In this document: piece by piece, positions 62,550-64,000 of the stretch | Layout of the letters: every line of letters starts with the position of its first letter | Position numbering within the stretch: position 1 is the stretch's first letter | Assembly: GCA_030265395.1 (NCBI GenBank) | Contig: JARFYF010000112.1 | Span: 51,259,071-51,323,070, forward strand | DNA length: 64,000 bases | From: Rhina ancylostomus | Lineage: Eukaryota | Direction of reading: 5' to 3' | Translations under genes and position numbers: made by a program | The notes under the pieces: model-generated | What the model saw: the letters and a program-made list of their open reading frames with translations, nothing else | Database searches by the model: none | Told to the model about the DNA's origin: nothing

Positions 62550-64000
62550 AATATTAATTTACCACCATGTAGCGAGTAAGAGTACATTTTGAACATATTT
62601 CACACAATGGCGGGAGTATCCAAGCCGCTGAATTTTCTCTTCGTAGTGGAAGGTTAGACAGTTAGTGACGTTGATATGTGGCAGTAAATAATGTCTAATA
62701 ACAATTGAAGCATCCATATATTGTGTGTGATAAAGGTCGTTAGTGTCATGAACAGTATCACGGAATGGAAACACATGTCAAACGAATGCAAATTTTGTGC
62801 TGAGAAGCAACACCAGGACCATTCTTGTGTCCTGGATAACCCAGTTGCAAGGACTGTCGTCGGCTGGAGGAACTCGATCTCTGGGTATTCGGTCCTGAGA
62901 AAAGCTGATATCACTGCGATCCATTGAACTTACTCCAAGGAGGGGAAAAACACATACAATCTGTTATTTCAGCAGGCATTTGAGGACATCTCGCACTCTC
63001 ACTGGAATTCGGTTGTGAATATTGACAGNNNNNNNNNNNNNNNNNNNNNNNNNNNNNNNNNNNNNNNNNNNNNNNNNNNNNNNNNNNNNNNNNNNNNNNN
63101 NNNNNNNNNNNNNNNNNNNNNNNNNNNNACATACAATCTGTTATTTCAGCAGGCATTTGAGGACATCTCGCACTCTCACTGGAATTCGGTTGTGAATATT
63201 GACAGTTGTGTGAGGTGCATAGGGTTTGCCACCGAAACCAAAACAAACAATCAGGGCTCAGAGGTACATTGGGAAAGAATTAAGAAGGTAAAGAGAGCAA
63301 AGTTAATAGATGATAAGACAATTTGAGGAGAGTTTACACCATTCTGCATTTGAAGGAAAGTCTTTTGTATCTACGTGCTTGTTCAGTGTTTGTTTAAAAT
63401 TAACTTGTCAAGAGGATGGCAATTTGAACAGAGAATTTGATGGGAGAAAATAAAGTTTGCAAGAGACAGCAAAATCGTTGAGTAAATTACAAAGGCATGG
63501 AATAAAACCGGAAGGATTGAGAACATGAACCCTCTTTTGCTCAACCAGTGCTTGACTGCAGAGTAAATAGTGAATTGCAGGAAGTGAGAACATACACGCG
63601 CTTGCCGAGGCCTGAACGCGGCTTATGCCGGCTGACTAAGGAGCTCAACATTCTTCCGCAGGTTTTCCAATCGAGAGGCACAGGAAGTTACAAAGGATAA
63701 ATTGTACTGGTAATGTTATATGACGAGTGATTAAGTTAATTTGAAGATTCAACAAATGACGAGATTGGGTTTAAATTTAAAGAACGAAGGAGGAGCAATT
63801 AGACCAATGNNNNNNNNNNNNNNNNNNNNNNNNNNNNNNNNNNNNNNNNNNNNNNNNNNNNNNNNNNNNNNNNNNNNNNNNNNNNNNNNNNNNNNNNNNN
63901 NNNNNNNNNAAGTTAATTTGAAGATTCAACAAATGACGAGATTGGGTTTAAATTTAAAGAACGAAGGAGGAGCAATTAGACCAATGATATTGCACAAAAC

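Noticed and set aside
1-64000. Prokaryotic-type systems (CRISPR arrays, operons, defence islands)
   Set aside because: The sequence is intron-rich vertebrate DNA; there are no regularly spaced repeat-spacer arrays, and most short ORFs in the track are chance frames or repeat fragments.

Overview
Vertebrate genomic DNA, not prokaryotic. The repeat content (V-SINEs, CR1 and Rex1 LINEs, a Penelope-like element, TG..CA solo LTRs) suggests a cartilaginous fish, probably a batoid. It is a gapped short-read scaffold with many 100-N gaps. The main gene is a multi-exon, + strand, group-B scavenger-receptor (SRCR) type I membrane receptor of the CD163/WC1/SCART class, spanning about 30249-62549. It has a putative leader, 8 phase-1/phase-1 SRCR exons (two nearly identical), a stalk, a TM exon and a tyrosine-motif tail containing YEEI. 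Three SRCR exons each carry a single in-frame TAG exactly where a conserved Trp belongs, one exon has a GG instead of a GT donor, and I found no frameshifts in the coding exons. Upstream of the gene and inside its introns are several heavily decayed single-exon LRR relics that share an N-terminal W-M-x3-C / C-x-x-V-x5-L / G-x-I-x-S-I pattern resembling TLR11-subfamily (TLR11/12/19/20-like) ectodomains; one runs in frame into an SRCR exon. Also present are a 3.7-kb segment bounded by two LTRs and a shared 5-bp flank, three diverged apparent tandem duplications that may be assembly bubbles, and about 77-bp gap-flanking overlaps that are assembly artefacts. All family assignments are by-eye motif recognition and need database confirmation.
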